A DNA stretch of 46,468 nucleotides, taken from positions 1 through 46,468 of IMG/VR virus record IMGVR_UViG_3300048576_000586. One strand, written 5' to 3'. Below are positions 16,100-24,414 of this stretch, piece after piece. Position numbers and translations under genes: made by a program. Under the pieces are notes generated by a model. It saw only the letters and a program-made list of their open reading frames with translations. It made no database searches and was not told the DNA's origin. Position 1 is the stretch's first letter. Every line of letters starts with the position of its first letter. The stretch is from a virus. Lineage: Duplodnaviria > Caudoviricetes.

Positions 16100-19000
16100 A
16101 TGAATATAGCCCACATATCCGACCTGCACTTCAAGCCCGAGGCCTACGAGCAGTGCAAGGCCTCGATCGAGACCGTCATCGCCGAGCACGAGCGCAACCC
16201 GTTCGCGCTTATCGTCATCTCGGGCGACCTCTGGCACGGCGCCATCATGGACACGGCCCGCGCCCAGTTCGCCGCCTTCCTCGAGCTCATCCGGCGCCTC
16301 GCCGACTGCGCGCCCGTGGCGATCATTTACGGAACGCCGAGCCACGATACCGAGGGCTCGCTCGAGGTTTTCGAGCAGCTCTCGGCGGCATTCCCTATCC
16401 GCATCCTACGCCCGGGCCAGCCATACTATCTCGGCTCCCGCGGCTCCATCATGGGAAGCGATGGCCAGGGCGATGAATTCGCCCAGCTCCTCCTCTTCGG
16501 CGTCCCCGAGCCGCAAAAAAAGTGGCTTCTCGCAAACGCGGAAGCCACGGGGAAGGACGACTCGGACCTCGCGGTCCGGGAGGCACTCCGAAAGCTGTTT
16601 CTCGGCCTTGGCGGGATGAGGAGACAGCACACGGATCTTCCTTGCGTCCTACTCTACCACGGCGAGATCGCCGGCGCGAAGACGGGCGTCGGGCATCAGA
16701 GCGAGATCGGGACCGGCTTCGTCGTGACGAAGGACGACCTCGCGGCCGTCAGCGCCGACTACATCGCCTGCGGGCATATCCACGAGCCCCAGGAGGTCGA
16801 GGGCCTCCCCGCGCGCTACGCGGGATCGATCTACGCGGCCGACTTTGGCGAGACGCATAAGCCGGGGTTCAACGTGGTCGAGATCAGCCCGATCATGGCT
16901 GACGAGACCGAAGAGGAATTCGACCTCTTCCTAGCTGCCGGTTCGCCCAAGACCGGCTTCCTCGCCAAGGTCTCCCGCGTCGACTTCCCGCATCCGAGGC
17001 GAATTCACATCGTCTGCACCCGCGAGGAGTTCGACAATACCCACTGGCCGCAGAAGATCGGCGGGTATGTCGCATGGGTCGAGATGCACGACGAGGCCAG
17101 CAAGCTCGACGGGTCACAAGATGCCGAAACGAAGACCATCATCGAGACCTACGGGGCTCTCCCCGGCTCGAAAGTGACGCACAGCATCATCCCCGTCGAG
17201 ACCGTCCGCGCCGGCGAGATCATCGAAGCTCGCGCCCTCGAGGACAAGCTCAAGGTCTACGCCGAGGCCTCCGAGACCTCCATGCCCGATACCGCCCTCG
17301 CGAAGGCTCGCGAGCTCGAGCGCGAGAGCGCCGCCGCGGGGGCGGGAGCGGGCGCCCATATCCGTATCGACCGCCTGCGCCTCCGCGGCGCTATCGGCAT
17401 CTTCAAGAAGTCGAAGAAGGACGAGATCGACATCGACCTCGGCACCTACGGCCCGGGCGTCCTCGCCCTTGTCGGCGCGAACGGCTTCGGAAAGACGACC
17501 ATCCTCGAGAACATGCACCCCTGGCCCTGCATGCTCACCCGCGACGGGACGCTCAAGGACCATTTCCGCCTCAAGGATTCCTGCCGCGACCTCTACTTCA
17601 CCGACCTGCGCTCGGGCTTCCGCTACCGCGCGCTCATCCAGATCCGGGCCGACATCGCCTCAGGCGGGGCCGAGTACTTCCTCTACGTCGACAAGGGGGC
17701 GGGTACCTACGAGGACATTCCCGGCGTCAACGGCCGCAAGGAGCCCTACGAGACCGCGATCGCCGAGCTCTTCGGCTCCCTCGAGATGTACCTGCAGACG
17801 GCCTTCGTCACCCAGCGGCCGAACAAGTACGCCCCCGACCTCGGGCAGGCGACCCAGGGCCAGCGCAAGGCCCTCTTCGCCGAGCTCTCCGGGATCGACT
17901 ACCTCGCGGCCTACGCCTCAAGCTGTAAGGCCCGCGGCGACGACCTCGAGGACGCGATCGGCAAGCTCGACGCGGGGATCGAGGCCGCTTCCGACCTGGA
18001 CGCCCAGATCGAGCGGCTGACCGCCGACCGGGCCGAGGCCGTATCCTCCGAGACCCTCGCCGAGGACGCGGCCGCCGCGGCTACCACCCAAGAGCGGACC
18101 CTCGGCACCGAGCGCGAGGCCCTCGCCCTGCGCGTTGCGGAGCTCGAGCGGGAGCACAAGCGCCGCGACGACCTCGCCACCGAGATCGCCGAGACCGACG
18201 CCACCCTCGCCGCCATCGCAAAGGAGATCGAGGGTTTTACCCAGGCCGCGGAGGGACGGGGCGCGGCCGAGACCGAACTCGCCCGGCTCGAGGCGCTCGA
18301 GGCCGAGGGCAAGGGCCTGCGGACCCAGAAGGCCGAGGCCGACGAGGCCCACCGGCAGGCCCTCGAGGCCTACCAGCGGGACACCGCCGAGCTCCGGCGG
18401 CGGCAGGACGCGACCAGGGGCGCGCTCGATAGCGCGCGCTCGCGCCTCGCCGCGGCTGAGAAGGCCGAGGATGTCGCTAGGGCGAAGATCGACCCGGACG
18501 CTGAGACAAAGCTCACGGTGGCCCGAGAAGCGCTCACCAAGGCCGAGAGTAAAGCCAAGGAAGCGAACGAAGCCGCTGCGACCATAAAAGCCGAAGTCGA
18601 GACCCTTCGCAAGAAGTTCGCCGAGGCCAGGGCCCTGCCCTTCATCCTCGATTCCCTCCACGACGGCGAGGCCTGCCCCATCTGCGGTAGCGCCAGCCAC
18701 CCCGCGCCGGCACACGCCGACCTCGGAGCCGTTAATCGGCTCGAGGCAGAGGGGAAGCAGGCAATGAACCGGGCGGACGAGGTCCTCGCCGAAGCTTCCA
18801 AGGCGACCAGCGAGGCGGCAATTGCCCACTCTCGACTCGAGACGGCCGAGACAGCCGCCCAGGACGCCAAGGCGGCCCAGGAAGCCCTCACCGGGCTTTC
18901 CTCCGAGACTACCGACGCGCTCTTCGATCTGAACGCGGCCCAGGCCGCCCTCGACGCCATCGGCGAGCCCCCGGCCCCGCCCGAGGCCCTCCCCTTCCCG

Positions 19001-19933
19001 GGCGCCGCGCGCCTGCAGGAGATCGAGGCCGAACTCGACTTCGGCGACCCCGAGGGCCAGCGTGCCACGATCGCCGCGGCCGACGCCGCCGGGATCCGCC
19101 TCGAAGCGGCCCGCTCCAGGAAGGCCGAGGCCACCGGCCGGCGGGGCAAGCTCGCCGCCGACCTCGCCGCCCTCCCCGCCCAGGCTGAGACCGACCTCCC
19201 CGACAAGCTCACGGCCAAGGACGCCGAGCTCCGCGCCGCCCGCGACCACCTAGCCGACGCGCAGCGCTCCGGCGCCGCCGCCCGGGCGACCATCGAGGCC
19301 TGCGACCGCGGCCTCGCCGAGGCGCAGACCCGGCTCACCTCCCGCGCCGCCGCCCAGAAGGAGCGCCAGGCGAAGGCGGCCGACCTCGCCGACTGGCGGC
19401 TCCTCGAGCGCGCCGTCGGGCCGAACGGGATCCAGGCCCTCGAGCTCGACGCCCTGGCCCCCTCGATCGTCGAGGTTGCGAACAAGCTCCTCGGCGTCTT
19501 CTCCTCGCGCTACCAGATCGAGATCCGGACGCAACGCGTCGCGGGGAAGGGCAAGCAGACGAAGATGGTCGAGGACTTCGAGATCTACATCCTCGACTCC
19601 GAGACGGGGGACGAGCAGACGATCGACAGCCTCTCCGGCGGCGAGGCGGTGTGGATTCGCAAGGCGCTCTATGACGCCTTCGCCGTAGTCCGCGCGCGCA
19701 ACACCGACCGGCGCTTCCTGACCGTGTTCCTCGACGAGGCGGACGGCGCCCTCGACCCTGAGGCCCGGATGCTCTACCTGCGCATGCTCGAGGCGGCCCA
19801 CCGCGAGAGCGGGCGCTTCCAGACGATCATCGTGACGCACTCCCGCGAGCTGCAGGCGATGGTAGAGCGGACGATCGACGTGACAACGCTCGGGCCCCGC
19901 GAGGGCGCGAGCGAGGGAGGGATGGCGGCATGA
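16100..19933 (+). CDS. Fused SbcD(Mre11)-SbcC(Rad50) nuclease-ATPase
   Basis: SDLH, SGD, GTPSHD, YHG, GHIH phosphoesterase motifs; then GANGFGKT, FVTQ, coiled coil with CPICG hook, LSGGE, VFLDEADGALD, VTHS. Confidence 0.92.
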   Translation: MNIAHISDLHFKPEAYEQCKASIETVIAEHERNPFALIVISGDLWHGAIMDTARAQFAAFLELIRRLADCAPVAIIYGTPSHDTEGSLEVFEQLSAAFPIRILRPGQPYYLGSRGSIMGSDGQGDEFAQLLLFGVPEPQKKWLLANAEATGKDDSDLAVREALRKLFLGLGGMRRQHTDLPCVLLYHGEIAGAKTGVGHQSEIGTGFVVTKDDLAAVSADYIACGHIHEPQEVEGLPARYAGSIYAADFGETHKPGFNVVEISPIMADETEEEFDLFLAAGSPKTGFLAKVSRVDFPHPRRIHIVCTREEFDNTHWPQKIGGYVAWVEMHDEASKLDGSQDAETKTIIETYGALPGSKVTHSIIPVETVRAGEIIEARALEDKLKVYAEASETSMPDTALAKARELERESAAAGAGAGAHIRIDRLRLRGAIGIFKKSKKDEIDIDLGTYGPGVLALVGANGFGKTTILENMHPWPCMLTRDGTLKDHFRLKDSCRDLYFTDLRSGFRYRALIQIRADIASGGAEYFLYVDKGAGTYEDIPGVNGRKEPYETAIAELFGSLEMYLQTAFVTQRPNKYAPDLGQATQGQRKALFAELSGIDYLAAYASSCKARGDDLEDAIGKLDAGIEAASDLDAQIERLTADRAEAVSSETLAEDAAAAATTQERTLGTEREALALRVAELEREHKRRDDLATEIAETDATLAAIAKEIEGFTQAAEGRGAAETELARLEALEAEGKGLRTQKAEADEAHRQALEAYQRDTAELRRRQDATRGALDSARSRLAAAEKAEDVARAKIDPDAETKLTVAREALTKAESKAKEANEAAATIKAEVETLRKKFAEARALPFILDSLHDGEACPICGSASHPAPAHADLGAVNRLEAEGKQAMNRADEVLAEASKATSEAAIAHSRLETAETAAQDAKAAQEALTGLSSETTDALFDLNAAQAALDAIGEPPAPPEALPFPGAARLQEIEAELDFGDPEGQRATIAAADAAGIRLEAARSRKAEATGRRGKLAADLAALPAQAETDLPDKLTAKDAELRAARDHLADAQRSGAAARATIEACDRGLAEAQTRLTSRAAAQKERQAKAADLADWRLLERAVGPNGIQALELDALAPSIVEVANKLLGVFSSRYQIEIRTQRVAGKGKQTKMVEDFEIYILDSETGDEQTIDSLSGGEAVWIRKALYDAFAVVRARNTDRRFLTVFLDEADGALDPEARMLYLRMLEAAHRESGRFQTIIVTHSRELQAMVERTIDVTTLGPREGASEGGMAA

Positions 19934-20226
19934 AGGTGAGCATGGACGGCCTGAGGCGCAACCTCGCCTCGGCCTACTCGAAGGCGGTCGATGGCTTCCA
20001 CGATGTTACCGAGGGGCGCGACCTGGACGAGTTCTCCGAGCTCAAGAATGGGCTCGACGAGCTCCGGCAGATGATCGCCGCCCTCATGTGCGTCTACTCG
20101 CCTAACCCGGACGACCTGATGACGGACATGGAGGCCATGATCGACAAGCTACCCTTTGCAGATCCAGCGGACGTGGAAGGCGAGGATGACGAGGACGACG
20201 AGCCCGAGGAGGCGGTGAATTCATGA
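19930..20226 (+). CDS. Acidic hypothetical protein
   Basis: GGGAGG RBS; acidic tail. Confidence 0.65.
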   Translation: MKVSMDGLRRNLASAYSKAVDGFHDVTEGRDLDEFSELKNGLDELRQMIAALMCVYSPNPDDLMTDMEAMIDKLPFADPADVEGEDDEDDEPEEAVNS

Positions 20227-20462
20227 AGACCGAATACCTCTGCCCCGTCGACGCCTGGATCGATCGCGACGTGATAGGGCGCCCCGATATCGCCCAGCTC
20301 CGCGACAACGACGGGGGAATTTGCTTCGACTTTCCCAAGGACTGGACCGACGAGCAGATCATGAAGGCGCTCGCCTTCGCCAATAAGACCTACGAGGTCG
20401 GCGTCCGGATGGGTAAGCGTGAGAAGGCGCGGCAGATGCGCCTCATTCTGGAGGAGCCATGA
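20223..20462 (+). CDS. Hypothetical protein
   Basis: GGAGG RBS; ATGA coupled. Confidence 0.65.
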   Translation: MKTEYLCPVDAWIDRDVIGRPDIAQLRDNDGGICFDFPKDWTDEQIMKALAFANKTYEVGVRMGKREKARQMRLILEEP

Positions 20463-21142
20463 AGAACCTACGAGAAGAGATACAGGACTACCTCGCGAAG
20501 AACCTGACCATCGAAGGCGAGTGGGTTGGATCGGCCGACGGCATCATGGAGATCATCAACGTCCGCGCCCAGGGCTTGAAGGCGGAGGTCGCGGGGATCG
20601 TCGAGAGGGCGATGCCTGACGGCCCGATACAGGGGAGCGAGGAGCGCCGCCCCGATCTCGGCGTATGCACGTCCTGTCACGTCATCCTTGCCCCCGATCA
20701 GATCGAGCGCATGGGTGAAGACTGGGGGCATGTCGTCGCAGTAGACGGAGGCCGTGGCGAGCCTGAGCCAGCACCGTGCGGCCCCGTAGAAGTCTACTAC
20801 CGCCAGCCCGCCGCTCCCGCGCCCGAGCAGAGCGAGGCGAAGCGATGCGGCACGTGCCCTCATGACGAGCCCTGCAATAAGTGCCCCGTCTACCTTCGCG
20901 AGTACAAGCCCGAGCCCGCCCAGGCCGCGCCGAGTGAGGAGGAGCTAGAGGAATCCGCAGAAATAGCCGCCAGGCAGTTAACGGCTAATATGCAGATGGA
21001 AATTAACGAGGCAATGGCCCGCGGCCCCGGCGCTTCCGATTCCGAGATACGCGAGATCATGCACGGCAATATCAAGCGCTTCATCCTGGCAAACGTCGCC
21101 GCCCTCCGCTCCCGCCTCGCCGGGCAGGGGGACCGTTTATGA
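20459..21142 (+). CDS. Hypothetical Cys-rich protein
   Basis: CTSC, CGTC, CNKC; ATGA coupled. Confidence 0.6.
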   Translation: MKNLREEIQDYLAKNLTIEGEWVGSADGIMEIINVRAQGLKAEVAGIVERAMPDGPIQGSEERRPDLGVCTSCHVILAPDQIERMGEDWGHVVAVDGGRGEPEPAPCGPVEVYYRQPAAPAPEQSEAKRCGTCPHDEPCNKCPVYLREYKPEPAQAAPSEEELEESAEIAARQLTANMQMEINEAMARGPGASDSEIREIMHGNIKRFILANVAALRSRLAGQGDRL

Positions 21143-21546
21143 TCGCCCTGAGCATTCGCCAGCCCTGGGCGTGGCTCATCGTCCACGGGTATAAGGACAT
21201 CGAGAACAGAACCTGGGCGACGAGCTATCGCGGCGACTTCCTTGTTCACGCAGGAAAGGGCATGACGCACGATGAGTATGACGAGGCGTGTTCGGTTGCC
21301 TTTCAGATTCTAGGAATCGGCTTCGACCTTATTCCCACCTTCGACGATCTGCCGCGCGGCGGCATTGTCGGCGCGGCCAAGATTATTGAATGCGTGAAGG
21401 CCTCTGAGAGCCCGTGGTTTTTCGGAGACTATGGTTTCGTAATTAAGGGCGCAATCGAGATTCCCTTCATGCCATATCGCGGGCAGCTAGGATTCTTCGA
21501 AGTCGAGGCCCGTGCCGCGATTGGCAAGGAGGCCCCGCATGTCTGA
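21139..21546 (+). CDS. ASCH domain protein
   Basis: ALSIRQPWAWLIVHGYKDIENRTW...YRG..LVHAGK...RGQLGFF. Confidence 0.9.
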   Translation: MIALSIRQPWAWLIVHGYKDIENRTWATSYRGDFLVHAGKGMTHDEYDEACSVAFQILGIGFDLIPTFDDLPRGGIVGAAKIIECVKASESPWFFGDYGFVIKGAIEIPFMPYRGQLGFFEVEARAAIGKEAPHV

Positions 21547-21979
21547 CCTCAACGTCTGGACGGCCGTCGGCCGCCTCGTCCGCGATGCCGAAGCGCCCCA
21601 GGGCAACGGCCCGACGCGCCTCTCGATCGCCGTGAACCGCCGCGTAAAGCACGGCGAGGAGTGGATCGAGGAGGCCTCTTTCTTCGATCTCGAATACTGG
21701 CACAAGAGCCTCGTGCCCTTCCTCGTAAAGGGGAAGCAAATAGCGGTCCGGGGCGAGCTCCGGCAAGAGCGCTGGACCTCCCCCGAGGGCCAGGCCCGGC
21801 AGAAAATCGGGATCGTCGCCCTCGACATCGAGCTCCTCGGAAGCGCGCAAGGAAGCCCGCAAAGCGCTTCCGGGGCAGCCGGGCACGGCAACGCCCCCGA
21901 AAGTCGCGGGACACCCCCGCCAGCTTCGAGCCAAGGGCAATCCGGCGGCGACGAGTTCACGGACGACATTCCGTTCTAG
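21539..21979 (+). CDS. ssb: Single-stranded DNA-binding protein
   Basis: VGRLVRDAE...SIAVNRR...FFD...KGKQIAVRGELRQERW...DDIPF. Confidence 0.95.
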   Translation: MSDLNVWTAVGRLVRDAEAPQGNGPTRLSIAVNRRVKHGEEWIEEASFFDLEYWHKSLVPFLVKGKQIAVRGELRQERWTSPEGQARQKIGIVALDIELLGSAQGSPQSASGAAGHGNAPESRGTPPPASSQGQSGGDEFTDDIPF

Positions 21980-21989
21980 GAGGACGAGT

Positions 21990-22463
21990 ATGGCTACACG
22001 ATCACCCAAGTATGCAGAGGGGACCGAGGTCCCTATCGACCGCTCGAAGGCCGAGATCGAGCGCGTCCTGGCCAAGTACGGCGCCTCCGAGTTCCTGTAT
22101 GGCGTCCGGGCCGGTCATGCCCTCGTCGCCTTCGTGGCGCACGGGAAGCAGGTCCGCTTCATCCTCCCGATGCCGAACCCGGACGACTTCAAGAAAACGC
22201 CGACCGGTCGATCTCGGAAAGGCGGAGCCCTCGACGAGGCCTACGAGCGCGAGATGCGCCGCCGCTGGCGGGCGCTCGCCCTCGTCATCAAGGCCAAGCT
22301 CGAGGCGGTATCTACGGAGATCGTCAGCTTCGAGGAGGAGTTCCTCCCTTACTTCGTGCTCCCGGACGGGCAGACGGTCGGCGACAAGATCATCCCTTCG
22401 CTCGAGGCCGCCTACAAGAGCGGGAAGCTGCCGAAGCTCCTGCCGGACCTAAGGAGGGACTAG
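21990..22463 (+). CDS. Conserved phage hypothetical protein
   Basis: YAEGTEVPIDRSKAEIE...RWRALALVIKAKLEAV...FEEEFL; AGGAGG RBS. Confidence 0.75.
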   Translation: MATRSPKYAEGTEVPIDRSKAEIERVLAKYGASEFLYGVRAGHALVAFVAHGKQVRFILPMPNPDDFKKTPTGRSRKGGALDEAYEREMRRRWRALALVIKAKLEAVSTEIVSFEEEFLPYFVLPDGQTVGDKIIPSLEAAYKSGKLPKLLPDLRRD

Positions 22464-22466
22464 GCC

Positions 22467-22703
22467 ATGAAGGACAAGAAGACCACCTACCCCGAGGACT
22501 CCGACCGAGCGCAGAAGGCCCGCAGCTTCTCGGCGACTCTGAAACCTAGCCGCGGCCGCGGGAAACTCTGCCTCATCGAGGCCCTGCTCGACCTCGGCTC
22601 GAGGGACCTTCGAATCGTCAACCACACGACCGGGGAGACCCTCGTCATCAACTACGACGAATTCCAGGCGGCGCTCAAGGTCGAGGCACAGGATAGGAAG
22701 TAG
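22467..22703 (+). CDS. Hypothetical protein
   Basis: GAGGG RBS; in operon. Confidence 0.6.
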   Translation: MKDKKTTYPEDSDRAQKARSFSATLKPSRGRGKLCLIEALLDLGSRDLRIVNHTTGETLVINYDEFQAALKVEAQDRK

Positions 22704-22705
22704 GG

Positions 22706-22794
22706 AAAAAGAAAACGCCCGGTAGCAGCCGGGCGCTTCAAGGAAGGCTTGATCGTGTACGGAAAATATAACGCCAACATGCGCCTAGCGTCAA
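22706..22794 (-). ncRNA. Candidate antisense RNA (about 50 nt) with its own promoter and terminator
   Basis: Minus strand TTGACG (22794-22789), 18 bp, TATATT (22770-22765); hairpin CGCCCGG/CCGGGCG (22716-22735) followed by TTTTCTTTTT on the minus strand. Confidence 0.6.
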
Positions 22795-22814
22795 ATACTC
22801 GAGGCCGAGAATGA
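22755..22814 (+). CDS. Leader peptide (19 aa) coupled to the replication initiator
   Basis: AAGGAAGG at 22740-22747, GTG at 22755, TGA at 22812-22814 overlapping the initiator ATG at 22811. Confidence 0.5.
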   Translation: MYGKYNANMRLASNTRGRE

Positions 22815-23671
22815 AAAACAACCTCGACTTCTTCACGCACTACACCGACGCCTACCAGAACGGGAAATTCCTCCTCCTCCGGGCCTCCTATCCCGACATC
22901 GAGAAGGCCCTCGCCATGGAGGCGCGCTTCTGGATCCTTAATAGCCTCATCGGCCGCGCCGTCGACGCCAAGCTCGACCTCTCGCAGGCCAAAAACCGAG
23001 CCGAGGTAGTCGATGCCCTGAAGCTCAACCTCGCCGACTTCAAGGCCTTCGTCGACCTTCTTGCCACCCCAGAAATCGACCTTATCCACAAGGACGGCGA
23101 CGTCATCTGGACCGAGCAGACCCAGGAGGACCTCGCCCGAGCGATGAAGTCCCGAGAGGAAGGCCGAGACCGATATAACGCTAAAAAGACAACTTCGGGC
23201 GAAAAAGGGGAATCTTCGGGCGAAAATCCCCAAACTTCGGGCGCAGGCGGATACAGAGCAGAGCAGAGCAGATTAGATGAGAGTATTAAAGAGCAGCTAG
23301 CCGCGCGCGGGATCAAAATGACCGAGGAGGAAGCCGAGACCTCGCTCGCCGCCTTCGCCCTCGCTCGAGCCAAGTCCACGCGAGGGGTGAAGAACGCCGG
23401 AGCCTACGCGAAGAAGCTCGCCACCCAGGACGACGTCATCGCCGCATGGATCGAGGAGCTCGGAGCCGCGCAGCCGAAAGCGCCCAAGCTCGACGACATC
23501 GCCCCGGTCTGTCCGGAGTGCAAGAAGGCTGCATCTCTTCTCCCTCGAGCCCCTGGAACAGCGCGGGAAGCCATCTGCCATCACGACAAGCTCGCCTGGA
23601 CATTCGACGACGACTTCGAGAGCTGGGGAGAGCCGGAGGTCCTGACTCCCGTATCCGCGGGCGCCGGCTAA
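22811..23671 (+). CDS. Phage replication initiator (DUF4373/Lin1244-like N-terminus, lambda O-like layout)
   Basis: LDFFTHYTDAYQNGKF..LRA.Y......RFWIL; internal iterons; C-terminal CPEC. Confidence 0.65.
   Translation: MKNNLDFFTHYTDAYQNGKFLLLRASYPDIEKALAMEARFWILNSLIGRAVDAKLDLSQAKNRAEVVDALKLNLADFKAFVDLLATPEIDLIHKDGDVIWTEQTQEDLARAMKSREEGRDRYNAKKTTSGEKGESSGENPQTSGAGGYRAEQSRLDESIKEQLAARGIKMTEEEAETSLAAFALARAKSTRGVKNAGAYAKKLATQDDVIAAWIEELGAAQPKAPKLDDIAPVCPECKKAASLLPRAPGTAREAICHHDKLAWTFDDDFESWGEPEVLTPVSAGAG
23191..23272 (+). repeat. Iterons / origin inside the initiator gene
   Basis: CTTCGGGCG at 23193, 23214, 23235 (21-bp period; first two are TTCG-GG-CGAA palindromes), then three CAGAG repeats. 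Confidence 0.7.
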
Positions 23672-23781
23672 TACGATTTTACACAAAAACCCTAGAGATA
23701 TTTGGATAGTGGCGGGTTAGGCGGAATCGGCGGCTTATAGGCCACTTTACGAGAAAGCCGGATGCGGTTTACTGCGAAAGC

Positions 23782-24414
23782 ATGGCCACTAAGGCGAGCG
23801 CGAGAAGCAAAGGACCCACGGCGAAGGCAGCCCCGAAGAAGGGTCGCGTCGCCGTGGGCGCGCGCTCGAAGAACGGCGAGAAGAAGACGACGAGGAAATC
23901 TTCGGACAAATCTAAACGCGCGACGCCGACGCGGCGAGGCAAGGAGAAGCCGTTGAACCCGCCGGCGTCGAAGGAGCCCGAGGCCCCGGCGATCCCTGCA
24001 GCGCCCCGTGGCCGCGGCCGACCGAAGGACACCCCCGACGTCTGGACCCCTGCGCACATCGAAGAGGTCGCCTCACAGTTCTGGGACTACATCGAGGCCA
24101 CGCCCTGCCCCTCGCTCGCCGAGTTCTGCTTCAAGTCCCTCGTCCGCCGCCAGCGCATCTACGAGATCCCCGAGCTCCTCGAGCTCAAGGAGTTCCTCTA
24201 CGCGAAGCGCGCGGCCGCCCTCGAGGCGAAGGGATTCTCCCTCACCCGGGAGGACGGGCCCCGCGGCGCGTTCATCTGCAAGGCAATCTCGAACGTCGGC
24301 GACTTCTCGATGGTCGAGAAGACCGAGAATGTGAGCCGCGTCCAGGCTACCCACGTCTACCTGCCCGACAATGGGCGCGGCGACGGGCCGAAGCCGGAGG
24401 GGGAGCATGCCTGA
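23782..24414 (+). CDS. terS: Terminase small subunit (putative) with Lys-rich N-terminal tail
   Basis: Directly before terL; GRGRPK; C-terminal YLPDNGR. Confidence 0.7.
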   Translation: MATKASARSKGPTAKAAPKKGRVAVGARSKNGEKKTTRKSSDKSKRATPTRRGKEKPLNPPASKEPEAPAIPAAPRGRGRPKDTPDVWTPAHIEEVASQFWDYIEATPCPSLAEFCFKSLVRRQRIYEIPELLELKEFLYAKRAAALEAKGFSLTREDGPRGAFICKAISNVGDFSMVEKTENVSRVQATHVYLPDNGRGDGPKPEGEHA

